NCBI GenBank assembly: GCA_002269645.1
Contig: NIVC01000158.1
Location: 744,001 to 808,000 of the forward strand
Source of the DNA: Macrostomum lignano
Lineage: Eukaryota
Length of the DNA stretch: 64,000 nucleotides
Direction: 5' to 3'
How positions within the stretch are numbered: position 1 is the stretch's first letter; the number at the start of each line of letters is the position of its first letter. Positions 1-48,240 of the stretch are shown here, piece after piece. The translations under genes and the position numbers were made by a program. The notes under the pieces were generated by a model that had not been told where the DNA came from, did no database searches, and was given only the letters and a program-made list of their open reading frames with translations.

Positions 1-209
1 ATACTAATAGTTATAAAAAACCTGTGCTAATCAGGCATAGTCGGTCATTTTTGTAGCGGGCAGTCGCAGACCCCGCTACGGAAGCATAAATTGAAAATTG
101 GAAAATCAATGTCAATCAATGGAGTGAATGGTTCGAGTTAGTGCATAAGAATTCCATAATAGCAGAGCATTTACACCCACATATGTGCCTAGTCTACTAT
201 ATATTACTT

Positions 210-284
210 TTCTACTCATTCGTGGATTCGAGCCCGCGTCCTTTGGCACAGAAAAGATGAGCCGTTCTGCCGCCACGAGGTTCC
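210..284 (-). mobile_element. tRNA-derived SINE head (pol III A/B-box remnant)
   Basis: Minus strand reads ggaacctcgTGGCGGCAGAACGG...ccaaaggacgcGGGCTCGAATCCacg, an A-box-like and a B-box-like (GGTTCGANTCC, 1 mismatch) motif at tRNA-like spacing. I could not build a full cloverleaf. Confidence 0.4.
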
Positions 285-696
285 AATTAAATGATATTGA
301 TGGATGAACAGTGCAGAATAAAACTAACTACTAGCATCTAGTAGCTAATAAGCGTTTGAAATTTAATTAAAAATGCCATCAAATGAGGCAAAAATGAGCA
401 TTGTTTGATAGTTCATTTGCGTAAATATATGATTAAGTTTAAAGTACTTTAGTATTTGAATAATAATTTGCTTCTGAGTTATCTGTTTTGCTCTGTTGAT
501 GACCTGTTAAAAATGTCAGATTAGCTCAAATTATGGTCTACCCTTAAACCTTTGAAGGTCGATTATGATTACTCGTAAGTTTAACGGTTAAAGTCGTTAA
601 TCGTAAACAGAAATCTGATATTTGATTTTTTTAATTGGCAAGAAAACAAGCTTCTACTGAAGCTTATGAAATTTACCTATACATTTAAGTGTCAGG

Positions 697-1510
697 TCTG
701 TAGCTTACTCGTATTAGTGTCAGGTCTGTAGCTTATTAGTGTCAGGTCTGCACGTAGCTAATTAGTGTCAGTTCTGTAGCTTACTCGTATTAGTGTCAGG
801 TCTGTAGCTTATTAGTGTCAGGTCTGCACGTAGCTAATTAGTGTCAGTTCTGTAGCTTACTCGTATTAGTGTCAGGTCTGTAGCTTTTTAGTGTCAGGTC
901 TGTAGCTTATTAGTGTCAGCTCTTTAGCTTATTAGTGTCAGCTCTTTAGCTTATTAGTGTCAGGTCTGTAGCTTATTAGTGTCAGGTCTGTAGCTTATTA
1001 GTTTCAGGTCTGTAGCTTATTAGTGTCAGGTCTGTAGCTTATTAGTGTCAGGTCTGTAGCTTTTTAGTGTCAGGTCTGTAGCTTATTAGTGTCAGGTCTG
1101 TAGCTTATTAGTGTCAGGTCTGTAGCTTTTTAGTGTCAGGTCTGTAGCTTATTAGTGTCAGCTCTTTAGCTTATTAGTGTCAGCTCTTTAGCTTATTAGT
1201 GTCAGGTCTGTAGCTTATTAGTGTCAGGTCTGTAGCTTATTAGTTTCAGGTCTGTAGCTTATTAGTGTCAGGTCTGTAGCTTATTAGTGTCAGGTCTGTA
1301 GCTTATTAGTGTCAGCTCTTTAGCTTATTAGTGTCAGGTCTGTAGCTTATTAGTGTCAGGTCTGTAGCTTATAGTATCAGGTCTGTAATTAGTGTCAGCT
1401 CTTTAGCTTATTAGTTTTAGGTCTGTAGCTTTTTAGTGTCAGGTCTGTAGCTTTTTAGTGTCAGGTCTGTAGCTTTTTAGTGTCAGGTCTGTAGCTCATT
1501 AGTGTCAGGA
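697..1510. repeat. 22-bp minisatellite (ATTAGTGTCAGGTCTGTAGCTT)n
   Basis: Directly visible tandem array with minor variants. Confidence 0.95.
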
Positions 1511-1609
1511 TCGTAGCTTAAAAGGGTAAGAATTATAACGCATGAGTGCCAGGATCATAAGCTTGTGGTTGTCAGGACTGCCGCAAACAGTGTCAGGACT
1601 GCCGCAGTG

Positions 1610-1890
1610 TCAGATGTACCCGTCTGGCGAGTCGGCAATCAGAGGCTGACCGGACTGGCTGGCCCGGATTCGGCCGCAGGCTACTCGGACGGAGAAGACC
1701 TCCTGTTGTTGTCCGAGGCGCATCTGCTCCGTGGCGCCATCCTCCGCGCTTGTAGTCGCCGCCGAGGCCGCTGCCGGTGGCGTCTCGTCGACTTCAACAA
1801 CACGATGGAGTCGGGAGGTGGCAGTCCGATAGCGACGAGATTGACGATGATACGACGGCAGCAGGCGGCGGAGCCATCCGACGAAAACGC
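1610..1890 (-). CDS. Candidate alternative terminal exon of the GABA-B2-like receptor
   Basis: GC-rich island with acceptor tccttaacAG|gc at 1891/1890. The phase-1 frame (matching the phase-1 donor at 6900) is open for 93 codons (GVFVGWLRRLLPSYHRQSRRYRTATSRLHRVVEVDETPP...SPDGYI*). No homology support. Confidence 0.35.
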
Positions 1891-1984
1891 CTGTTAAGGA
1901 TGGGTGAGGAGTTTGGTGGTTGAGCAGTGCTGAGACTGTACTTCCGTGATGCTTCTGCCCGGTTTCGAGTTAGTTTAGTCCACT

Positions 1985-2845
1985 ACCCCCTCAGTGACAG
2001 ATCCTCTGCTTGTCTACTCCCTCAGTGACAGATCCTCTGCTTGTCTACTCTCTCAGTGACAGATCCACTGCTTGACTACTCCCTCAGTGACAGATCCACT
2101 GCTTGACTACTCCCTCAGTGACAGATCCCCTGCTTGTCTACTCCCTCAGTGACAGATCCTCTGCTTGTCTACCCCCTCAGTGACAGATCCTCTGCTTGTC
2201 TACTCCCTCAGTGACAGATCCTCTGCTTGTCTACTCCCTCAGTGACAGATCCTCTGCTTGTCTACCCCCTCAGTGACAGATCCTCTGCTTGTCTACTCCC
2301 TCAGTGACAAATCCTCTGCTTGTCTACCCCCTCAGTGACAGATCCTCTGCTTGTCTACCCCCTCAGCGACAGATCCTCTGCTTGTCTACCCCCTCAGTGA
2401 CAGATCCTCTGCTTGTCTACCCCCTCAGTGACAGATCCTCTGCTTGTCTACCCCCTCAGTGACAGATCCTCTGCTTGTCTACTCCCTCAGTGACAAATCC
2501 TCTGCTTGTCTACCCCCTCAGTGACATCCCCTGCTTGTCTACCCCCTCAGTGACAGATCCTCTGCTTGTCTACCCTCTCAGTGACAGATCCTCTGCTTGT
2601 CTACCCTCTCAGTGACAGATCCTCTGCTTGTCTACTGCCTCAGTGACAGATCCTCTGCTTGTCTACTCCCTCAGTGACAGATCCTCTGCTTGTCTACTCC
2701 CTCAGTGACAGATCCTCTGCTTGTCTACTCCCTCAGTGACAGATCCTCTGCTTGTCTACTCCCTCAGTGACAGATCCTCTGCTTGTCTACTCCCTCAGTG
2801 ACAGATCCTCTGCTTGTCTACTCCCTCAGTGACAGATCCTCTTCT
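1985..2845. repeat. 31-bp minisatellite (CCCTCAGTGACAGATCCTCTGCTTGTCTACT)n
   Basis: Tandem array seen directly. Confidence 0.95.
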
Positions 2846-3704
2846 CTCAGTTAAAAATTATAATCTTACATAAATAAAATACATATCACGTGTATTTTCA
2901 CGAGCTAATTAGGAACAAAAACACCCGCAATGCGCTACTCGAGTTAGTAGTTTGATAGAAATGCCATCAACAGGAATTTACGTTAATGTTAGTGCGTCAA
3001 TTATAAAACACTGTATAATTAGCTGTTTTGTTTTGCTTGATGAAGCAAGCGAGAATTTCCTGCTCGTTAAATTTACGAGCTAGCAAAAGAAGTTTCTTAA
3101 TTTCTCTGCCAATAACGCCTATGCGAGCTAGAAAAAATGTTATTAAGCCTACGGCGCTGCAACAAAGCCTAGTTACCATGGCAACTAGTTGAAAAATGTA
3201 TCTAATTATTGACATGACAATTTGACAAACTACTAAATAAAAAATTCAGCTTATAGCGCGCATCGCGTCAGCTACTTATAGTAGGCGATATGTGCAAAAA
3301 TGGTGAATTTTTGCGAATGACAAATAGGCAGAAATGACGTGAATTAGAGGCTGGAAATTGGAAGTGTTTGATTGTCACAAAAAGTTGAGTGCAAACTGAC
3401 TGCCGTTACTTAGCTGTCACAAATGGATAGGAATAATACCCCTTATTCATTTAAGAGTAAATAAAAGTAGTTAATAGTAATCAAAATAAAAACATGCTTT
3501 AAAATATGTTTATAGAATATTACGAGTGTGCTACTTGCAGTAGAACTAATAATATGGAAGAGATAAACTTTACTTATTGCAACAATTTTGATACCGTGTG
3601 AAATTGTTATATATCTATTCTGGGGTAATTCATGCAGCCAATTGCAGTATAATATATGTTCTTAAATATTTGGAAAGATATTACTAAAAACAAAAGACAT
3701 GATT

Positions 3705-3852
3705 TGTTGGGCGCCAAGTAAAACAGTGGGGCGCCAAAGAAAACAGTGGGGCGCCAAACAAGACAGTGGGGCGCCAGACAGTAGAGCGCTAAAAAAGGCG
3801 ATAGGGCGCCAACGAGGGCTCTGGGGCGTCAGGGAGGACAGTGGGGCGCCAT
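3705..3852. repeat. Short degenerate 20-bp array with GGGGCGCC core (AAACAGTGGGGCGCCAAAGA-like)
   Basis: Several copies of acagtggggcgcca at 20-bp period from 3721. Confidence 0.7.
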
Positions 3853-3979
3853 CTAGTCTGCTCATGCTCAATATATGAATAACTACACGAAAAATCAACA
3901 TTATAAAATCCAGCCAAACTTACCCATAAATAAAATATACTGAAGCAGCACCCCTCCTGCGGCCATCAAGACGCCGACG

Positions 3980-36018
<32,039 letters not shown>

Positions 36019-36351
36019 GCCGTCTCAGGTGACAACTGGCGCAGTTTTGGCCTGTTTGCTTTACTTAGTCGTCCAATCCAAGCGAAAGTCGCTCTCTGAT
36101 CGACGGGTCCATCTTTGCTGATTTGGGCAGTTACTCTTCGGTGGCAGCGAATTATCTGGGTCGCGCACAGCGGCAGCCAAGTTGTCTTCATCAACTGTTG
36201 AAGCGAATAATGTAACTACAACCGTCTGCAGCTCTGATTGGCTGGTGGTGATCCTGTCCAATAGGCGATGGATTAATTGGGGGCTATGTAGGAATTATAC
36301 AATTAACATTGATGCTGCTTTAATTAGGCTGTAAACGCGAATTTTCATTTG

Positions 36352-36895
36352 GGAGTTCGGTCACGGAGCTACAGGGGTTCGGTCACGGAGCTACAGGGGT
36401 TCGGTCACGGAGCTACAGGGGTTCGGTCACGGAGCTACAGGGGTTCGGTCACGGAGCTACAGGGGTTCGGTCACGGAGCTACAGGGGTTCGGTCACGGAG
36501 CTACAGGGGTTCGGTCACGGAGCTACAGGGGTTCGGTCACGGAGCTACAGGGGTTCGGTCACGGAGCTACAGGGGTTCGGTCACGGAGCTACAGGGGTTC
36601 GGTCACGGAGCTACAGGGGTTCGGTCACGGAGCTACAGGGGTTCGGTCACGGAGCTACAGGGGTTCGGTCACGGAGCTACAGGGGTTCGGTCACGGAGCT
36701 ACAGGGGTTCGGTCACGGAGCTACAGGGGTTCGGTCACAGAGCTACAGGGGTTCGGTCACGGAGCTACAGGGGTTCGGTCACGGATCTACAGGGGTTCGG
36801 TCACGGATCTACAGGGGTTCGGTCACGGATCTACAGGGGTTCGGTCACGGAGCTACAGGGGTTCGGTCACGGAGCTACAGGAGTTCGGTAACAGG
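36352..36895. repeat. 22-bp minisatellite (GGGGTTCGGTCACGGAGCTACA)n
   Basis: About 25 copies upstream of the GABA-B2 start. Confidence 0.95.
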
Positions 36896-38289
36896 GTGTG
36901 CGGTAGGTTAATGGTTCAGCGAGGTGAATTAGGGGGTTCAGCGAGGTGAATTAGGAGGCTCGGTTGGGTGAATTAGTGTTGGGGCACTGTGCGGTGTGTT
37001 AGAGTGTGATGTCCTCTTAAATTTCTTGCAGAAATTCCAAAAACCGAATTAGCATTTTACTGTTACACTAAGGGTTCGTGCTAGTTCAAAAAGTGGCCTT
37101 AAATTAATCAAACGTTTTTTGTGAATATTAAAGGATCTTTAAAGCCATAATATAAAATGTAATTTAATAAGATAAGATGCGTATAGCTGCGCATTTCACA
37201 AGTGGGCGAAGGCAATTCATTTCCGTTAATTCTCTTGTAAAAGACGACAGGAAACGGCTTGATAGCCAGAGCTCCATCGCTTAATTAAAAGCCGACAAAA
37301 GTGACAAAAGAAAAATAAATAAGTCTGCTCGCGAAAGACCGGCCGACCCCCCTGCGTTTTAACGCTTTAATTTCCTGTCAAAGAGTTCATGAGACCGGCC
37401 TGACCGAGGCTACAGCGAGAGGTGAGTCAGAAATCTCTCTTTTCCAAGGCTTTTTATTTGCATTTTCTGCTGCTCTGTAATTTCCAGCCCTGAAGCTGCT
37501 TTGATCCATTGGATCACCCTAGATGTAATTCTTCGAAACCCCTGCTTTCTTGCTCTGCCTCTTTTTCTGTCTTTTGCTCGTTTTGAACTCGACCGTTCGT
37601 TTCAAAATTCCAGCTTTTACTACAGATTAGCGACCTAGGTCCTAGACTCGAATCCTCGGATCAGACTCTTTCTCGTTGGTTGCATACTGCCTCTGCTGCC
37701 ACGAGAGAGTCAGGGCCGCATTGTCACCTACACTAGGATGTACACACACTCTGTACACTTTCACCTTTGGCGTCAAAAGCGGCGTTATAGTCACACAAGC
37801 TACTCATCAAATTGTTGGCTTTTTATTCGCATTTCTACTTTAAGTAGCAAGTTGGTAATTTTTTATTGTAATTATTCCAATGCTTTATTAGATATGGCTT
37901 TTGGTAGAAACTTTTTTGTTCGTTAATGAGATTGCCCGTGTCAATATTATTATGTCAATGTTATTCTATAGGTTCATTGTGCGAAATGACTTGTATAGGT
38001 CTTTACTCTTGTATACTTCCATTCGTTGCCTCCATCGTCATCCGTTACAGTGGACGACAACACTACAGGATTCGCACACGCCTGTCTAATTATCTGTCGG
38101 GCTAATCAACCTTGATTTTAGTTAATATACGAAGTCAGAGGTCTGCCAACTCCGGCCTGCGAAGCCTCTCTATCCGGCCCTCGGGGCATTTGAAACTTCA
38201 TAATAGCAATCCGGCCCGCTCAAGGTTTGTGTCTCTTCCCAGCTCCCTTCTCTCTAATCTCCTCTCTTATCCTCTCTTCTCGTCTCTTC

Positions 38290-38600
38290 TCGTTTCTCTC
38301 CTCTCTCCTCTCTCATTTCTTCTCTCCTCTCCTCTCCTCTCCTCTCCTCTCCTCTCCTCTCCCCTCCTCTCCTCTCCTCTCCTCTCCTCTCCTCTCCTCT
38401 CCTCTCCTCTCCTCTCCTCTCCTCTCCTCTCCTCTCCTCTCCTCTCCTCTCTCTCTCCTCTTCTCTCTTTTCCTCTCCTTTCCTCTCCTCTCCTCTCCTC
38501 TCCTCTCCTCTCCTCTTCTCTTCTCTCCTCTCCTCTCCTCTCTTTTCCTCTCATCTCCTGTCCTCTCCTCTCCTCTCCTCTCCTCTCCTCTCTCCTCTCT
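38290..38600. repeat. (CTCCT)n pentanucleotide tract
   Basis: Seen directly. Confidence 0.9.
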
Positions 38601-38940
38601 CCTCTTGTTCTCTTTGCTCCTGTCTCCTCATTTCTTCTTCTCCTTTATTTCCTCGCCGTCGTCTCCTTTCTCCTACCTCTCTTCTCTCTTTTCTCTTCTC
38701 TCTTCCCTCTCCTCTCTCGCTCCTCCTCTGGCCCGCAGTCATACGCTAGGTCTTACCAAGAAACTTCTTACCAACCAATCAGAGCGCTGTTTCACCCACC
38801 GCGCCTGCGCATTGATATAAATTTATTCAGTATTTCGCTGCCAAGCTATGCCGATCCCCAATCCTTGGCGATCTGGTTGCCTTTTTGGTAGGATATTTTT
38901 CCTAGAAAAGACGCGCAAACTGCCGGGCGCACGGTTTCGA

Positions 38941-40096
38941 ATGCTACGCGGCGCCGGCTTCGGCGGCGGCGTCGCCAGCGGAAGCGGCAGCGGCGGCGGG
39001 GGTGGTGGCGGCGGTGGCGGCGGTGGCGGTGGAGGTGGAGGCGGCGGTGGCGGCGGCAGCGGCGACTCTTCTGAGCCGCAGGACATCCGCATCGTGGTGC
39101 TGGGAGCCAGAGGCGTTGGCAAGACCAGCCTGGTGCAGCAGTTCGTCCACTGCGTCTGCCCGGACACGTACACCCGAACCCGCCGGCCCGTGGTGCACCG
39201 GCCCTGCATCACCGTCAACGATCGCACCTACGAAGCTCGTCTAGTCGATTGTCCTCCGCTGCGCTACTTCCCAGCCAACTCGCTGCAGGAATTTTCTGAC
39301 TTTCGCGGCTACGGACTGCGCTCGGCGTCGGGCTACGCGCTGGTCTACGACCTCTGCGACGAGGCCTCGTTTGGCTACGTGAAGCGAATTCGAGAACAGC
39401 TGCAGGAGCAGGTCAGTGAGTCAGTGAGTCAGTAAGTGTGTCAGTTGGTGTGTCAGTGAGTCAGTGAGTGTGTCAGTTGGTGTGTCAGTGAGTCAGTGAG
39501 TGTGTCAGTTGGTGTGTCAGTTAGTTAGTGAGTTAGTGGAATGTGTCAGTTGGTGTGTCAGTGATTCAGTGAGTCAGTGAGTGTATCAGATAGTGTGTCA
39601 GTTGATGTGTCAGTTGGTGTGTCGGTGATTCAGCGAGTCAGTGAGTGTGTTAGTGACTGAGTCGGTGTGTTAATATGCCAGTCAGTGATTCAGTCAGCCA
39701 GTCACCCGACAACTCACGCCATTCCAGGGCATAGACGCGCCAGTCCTGGTTGTAGCTAACAAAGCCGACCTGTTGAATTCCGGAAACTCGACCGGAAATG
39801 GCAACGGAACTGGGAACGGTGCGGGAAATGACGTCATCGGCGGAAGGGAAAAAGACTTTGCGGAGGCCCTGACAGGCAAGGACAAGGCGAGCAAGGAGGC
39901 CAGGAGGGAAGCAGGCAACCTGGTGCGGAAGCAGTGGAAGTGCCTGTACGTGGAGTGCTCGGCCAAGTACAACTGGCACGTGAGCGCCGCCTTTAGGGAG
40001 CTGTTGAAGGCCATCGACCACAAGGACTTCGGGCACAAGCCGACCTCAGCCAGGGTGCAAGAGGCGTTCCGTAGAAATCAGTGCTCTGTAATGTGA
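38941..40096 (+). CDS. RASL10: Ras-like small GTPase, RASL10 family (2 coding exons, C-terminal CaaX)
   Basis: Exon 1 38941-39411 (in-frame upstream ATG at 38848 also possible; poly-Gly, IVVLGARGVGKTSLVQQF P-loop, LVDCPPLRYFPANSLQEF, GLRSASGYALVYDLC), donor CAG|GTCAGT. Exon 2 39728-40096 (PVLVVANKADL, RKQWKCLYVECSAKYNWHV, ends RRNQCSVM*). DxPP in place of DxxG, ECSAKYNWH and the RRNxCxxM end are characteristic of RASL10A/B. Confidence 0.9.
39412..39700. repeat. Degenerate GTCAGT/GTGAGT tandem array forming the RASL10 intron
   Basis: The intron is largely gtcagtgagtcagtgagtgtgtcagttggtgt repeats. Confidence 0.85.
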
Positions 40097-40134
40097 ATGC
40101 GCTCACATCAGTGAATGACTGGCTAAGTGTTAGC

Positions 40135-40705
40135 TATTGACTGGCTAATTGTTGGCTACTGACTAGCTAACTGTTGGCTACTGACTAGCTAACTGTTGGC
40201 TACTGACTAGCTAACTGTTGGCTACTGACTAGCTAATTGTTGGCTACTGACTAGCTAATTGTTGGCTACTGACTAAGCTAACTGTTGGCTACTGACTAGC
40301 TAATTGTTGGCTACTGACTAAGCTAACTGTTGGCTACTGACTAGCTAATTGTTGGCTACTGACTAAGCTAATTGTTGGCTACTGACTAGCTAATTGTTGG
40401 CTACTGACTAGCTAATTGTTGGCTACTGACTAAGCTAATTGTTGGCTACTGACTAAGCTAACTGTTGGCTACTGACTAGCTAATTGTTGGCTACTGACTA
40501 AGCTAATTGTTGGCTACTGACTAGCTAATTGTTGGCTACTGACTAAGCTAATTGTTGGCTACTGACTAAGCTAATTGTTGGCTACTGACTAGCTGATTGT
40601 TGGCTACTGACTAGCTAACTGTTGGCTACTGACTAGCTGATTGCTGGCTACTGATTAGCTAATTGTTGGCTACTGACTAGCTCATTGTTGGCTACTGACT
40701 AAGCT
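40135..40705. repeat. 22-23-bp minisatellite (CTAATTGTTGGCTACTGACTAG)n
   Basis: Begins about 40 nt after the RASL10 stop codon. Confidence 0.93.
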
Positions 40706-41127
40706 TGGGAATTCAAACTCGCGCCAAATCTGATTTGTTTATCTTATCTTACGCAGGCTGAGAATGGACCAACTATCACCCATATTACTGTTATTGCGCT
40801 GTACAAAACTGAGGTTTTCAATCGATATCTTTCTGACGATTCTAGCATCCTTGAGATGAACCATTTATTACTCATTCTTCAATCCAATCTAATGGTGTTA
40901 TTGCACTTGTAGCCATATTTTGGCTTGCAAATTTGGTTTGCATGCATTGGAAGCCGCATCTTACACTCATTGACGACTCTATAGTACATGGTGTAGCGTT
41001 GTTACACCTAATTAATGGACGAATTTTCTCATCCTATCGACTCATTTTCGATTCAATAAGCTGGACACTCAATACACACGCTCGCTTTTGCACTGCTTCA
41101 TTAGTACAGTGCGGAATTTCTATAGAT

Positions 41128-41538
<411 letters not shown>

Positions 41539-42903
41539 GTATACGCTAAGCACTATAAAAGGACAGAAATACAAGCTAAATACTGACTCCGTACCTGCGC
41601 ATTTTAGGGTTCAAACAGGGTTCCTTAATCAAGCAGTAATCACTGGTACTGAGCAATCCTCCCACAACTCCGGCCTTTATCACTTGCGAATTCCGGCAAA
41701 TTTCCCCCACTTTAGTTCCTGGTGATTTCCCTCGGGAATCTCATTGTCGACCAGTCAAGCTGCTCTTGAGTAAACTCGGAGGAAGGTCCCAAGGAAACAA
41801 AGGAGGCTGCTAGATAGTCAAGCTAGTTGAACTTATAAAAGCCTGAGCGACTAAGTTGGGAGGTAGCGCCTCTACGAGCATATCGTTGAGTAAAAATCAT
41901 TAAGAAAGTAATCAGTCTGTGAAAAGCACCTCTAAAATGGAAACAGAATTCTTTGGAATACTTCTGAAATATTGAGCTGTAGATCTGTGTGTGAAAGTGT
42001 GTGAAAGTCGGGAAACCCGCATCGCACAGTGACAGGCAATAAGTGCGTGACATTGGGCACGTTTAACTCAGGGAGTGCAGCTTCCGCATGCCGTCAGTAA
42101 GCGGGAGAGGGGGAGAGATGCTTGTTGTCAACGAGAGAAGGATAACGTGAGGAACTTGAGAAATCGCACTTGAGTTGAGGATGTCTAAACCAGGCGAGCA
42201 TATGTAGAAGTGCGGGAAGGCAGTGCTCCGGAGCCTGTCTTGAGCCTGTCGAATTTCCGTACACTTTATTATATATATATATATATATAATATTACGAGC
42301 ACTCTATCTTAAAGGAAAGGAGATGGAAGGAAAAGTGACTCAAGTGTACTCTTAACCAATTGAGCACTGAGGTGTATAAGCACCTATTGAAACAGACATC
42401 AGCTCGTGTTTAGAAATCACTAAGTTAGGTTTTAAAGCTCAGAAGTTTTTGATACGAAGGGCCTGTGTCTCTAGGAATGTACTGATTCACAACAACAAAA
42501 TACGCTGCCAAAAATGTCCTGAGTAAAAGATTACAGCTACAGTTCATGAAGCATCGCTACTGGCTAAGTCGGGGGCGCCCGGCGTCAGCCAGTAGGCAGA
42601 GACACGGCTTCTCATGTATCTTTTTTGCTTCTGAGAAAATGCCGGTCCTATAAGGCCTTGGGGCTGAAGTCGGTCAGTGGTGACAAGAAAAATTACCGCG
42701 GGTGGGGGGAACTGGTCAAGGAGTATCCTGCAGCTGGGAGGCAGAGTCCAGCGAAGTGCAGCTGCACTCCCCTCGTAATTGGACGTCATGCATTGGGCTG
42801 ACAGGAGGAGAGGGGAAAGACTAACAGCTTCTTGTCTGCAATTTTATACTATGATCGTATAATATTTATTGCCAGCTTACAAGCAAACTTCCTGACCTAG
42901 TCT

Positions 42904-45456
<2,553 letters not shown>

Positions 45457-46765
45457 GCAGCATAAGAGCTGGGCAGTGCTGAAGGCAGGGCAGTCAGTCG
45501 CTCATCTGTGGCCGGCAAACTTGGAGGAGATAAATGACCCGAGGGGAGGAGACGGCCGGAGAGGCTGGGCGGACTCAGCTGTCCTGATTTAATCAGCGAA
45601 CCGCTCTCTCCTCTTCGAAGTTCGCCTGCCTCTTGCAGAGAAAGAGGCTGAAAGGCTGAAGGGAGGGCAGGCGGCTGCTGGGCTAAGGCAGCTCCTCTAT
45701 ATAAAGTCTCCAATGCCCGATAGATCCCCATCGCTGAGGCAATCCCTTCTTCATTCTTGAATGCCCTGTCGCAGCCCGCAGGTTTGGGGAGGGGGGGGGG
45801 TTGACTGGGAAGGCTTTTTCGAAGTCCAGACTGATGAGGCTTCCACAGCCGGCTCCCATGGTTGCTCGTTAGAAAAGGTGCAGGGACGAGCATCCATGGT
45901 TTGTCGGGGACTCCCTTGCACGAGGAGATCATTAGCAGTGGGCGCTCCATCTCCCTTCTCTCTCTCTCTCACCCCTCCTCTCCTGCTTTTCAATTCGGAG
46001 CACACTGGCTGAGTCCCCCCGGTGTCAATCAAATCCACGCTGCGAGTTGGCTGTAAAATTTTCTTGCTTCAAAGCCACAGAGTCTTTTCAGTTGCCGTCT
46101 GAGCTGTCCAGGTTGGGAAAATCTGCGGAAAAAATACGTAGATTCACTCCGGCTTTCTTAATCAAGGAGGGTTCATTCAACAAACTGAATATGCGTTCAT
46201 GTGGGCTTTGGTTTGCATTCGGGTGGCACCGGAGTGTCTTTAGAGTGACGCAGGAGTGGCCGGGGGTTGTCGTGCGATTCACAGCCATGAGGGCCAACCC
46301 CCAAGGCGCAGAGAGTACATGCCTGACGATTAGACAGTCAGGACCGGACCTGCTACAGGCCGGATCACTACCCTGACTATCACAGTGAACGAGCCGAAGA
46401 TGGCGTCAAGTCAACTGGCCGGACTGACTTCGGACTCTGAGCGGGGGATCGCGTCAGGAGACTTAATCAGCCCGTCCCTATAGCACAGATTAATTCCCGC
46501 CAGTCCCTCAAATAAGAAAGACACGCGACTCACTCTGTTTCTTCGGGTAACAACGGTGGCGGCAGCAGGGGTGGCTTCTCTCAATGTTCTCTCTTCAGTC
46601 TATAGAATAGACAGGTATCTAGATTGCAGTCTTAGACTTATGGCTGTGACTTGCACAATTCAACCAAAAAGATGCCTTCCCTACCGCCGCTCCTGCACAC
46701 ATTTATATTTACGCTAGCTAGCCAAAATTACGATCGTCTTATAAAAGTTACAAAGTCGGGGTCGC

Positions 46766-46817
46766 GATTGGAGGGGTGAAAGAATACAAACCGATTGGCT
46801 GGACCACCAGCCAATCG
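46766..46817. promoter_or_regulatory. CCAAT-box cluster with an 11-bp palindrome
   Basis: ATTGG at ~46767, then CGATTGGCTGG-acca-CCAGCCAATCG (46792-46817), followed by GC-rich sequence. CCAAT/ATTGG is the NF-Y site; function is inferred. Confidence 0.4.
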
Positions 46818-47159
46818 CGGGCGAGCGAGGGGGCGCACTAGAGCCGCAGCCAGCCAAAACCGGCTGACCCAACAGACAGTGGGGTGGGTGCAACTGGGGG
46901 GGGGGGTGGGGTACACAGAATGGGGGGTTGACGCAAACAATATTGGGGGTGTTGGCGCTGGCACGCGGCCGGGAGCCGGGAGCCAGAGATTGCTCATCGG
47001 TGCAAGTGCACCCGGGCACAACATTATTACTATAAGATTAGTTATGTTATACCTCTTCGACAGAAAATCTTGAATTTTGAAAAATGAATTTCCCGCGTAG
47101 TAATTTAGCGTGGCTTAGGAATTTCTGCAGTGTTTTTCTAATTGAAGCTTTGGTCCCGA

Positions 47160-47745
47160 TAAGCCGAGCCTTAAACTTGGTCAGGACGAAATCCAATACT
47201 TCGACTCTGCAGCCTTCTTAGGTGTCATTCTAGTTACGGAACTTAGCTTTAAACAACTATTTCCAAGTCAAGCTCTATGCCATGAGGAGGATCGCTAGGA
47301 ACACCAGGATCACCCATCTACAGGTCTTACATTGAGAGTGGTATGACCTATGGTGCGCCTATTCTCATCGATGCTTCGGACACGCTCCTCCAAAAATTCC
47401 AGGTACGAGCGTACTCCAAAACCAGGCGCTAAGATCTCCCTTGATGTGCCTGCTTACACAGAAACTAGTTGTACCTTCATGAACTCACCAAGATTCCCAA
47501 GTTCAAAGAGAGAATCTGGAACCTGGGTAGAAGGCAGCGAACTTGAAAAAATAAAACCAGAAGACTCTAAATAGAGTACCCCATACTCAACAAATACTAC
47601 AAGCCATAAATTAACATAAACGCTCAAAACAAACCCAATGCTGAGACAGTTATTGAGGTAGAAATTGGTAAACTAGCGCCAGACATTTCATAACAGCCCT
47701 ACCCGCTCAGACTCTTAATATTAATAAATAATAATAGTCTTAATA
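47160..47745 (+). mobile_element. Decayed 3' fragment of a LINE (reverse-transcriptase C-terminal region, Jockey/I-like) with TAA-rich tail
   Basis: Frameshifted translation gives PSLKLGQDEIQYFDSAAFLGVILVTELSF (LGV-x-L-D-x-x-L-x-F motif), MTYGAPILIDASDTLLQKFQ, VPAYTET and YLHELTKIPKFKERIWNL. It ends in taatattaataaataataata. Confidence 0.72.
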
Positions 47746-47860
47746 AATACAGCATTGGCGGAGAGTGTCTGACACTTACGAGGCAGAGGTTTCTGCTTTT
47801 ATTCTGCTTTCTCATATCTTTGCCAGCACTTTTTCTGACAGTCCGATGGAGTCTGCGGGT

Positions 47861-47923
<63 letters not shown>

Positions 47924-48240
47924 AGCTACTAAGGTGAAGAAATATCAGTGGAGCTTATTGTTCCCCCCCATCCCACCCTCCCCAGTCGCGTTGCCAAGTG
48001 CGCGCGCCAGCTCGGCTCTCTATTATGCTTGAAGCAGAATCCCTGCATGGGCCGAGACGTCTTCTCTGTGAGCTTCTGCAGTTTAATGTACACTCAGCTA
48101 GCTAAAAGCGCCGCGAGACTTAGTTGAAGGGAGAGCGCAGCCCAGATATATCAAGTCCGCTGACAGAAGCGCAGCGACTATAAATCAAAGCAGGAGGCGT
48201 CGGAGAATTGCTTGACAATTGTCAATCTAGCTAGCTGACA

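Noticed and set aside
45826-45870. Hammerhead-like CTGATGA-GGCT-tccac-AGCC
   Set aside because: The required GAAA after stem II is absent (GGCT instead), and stems I and III could not be built.
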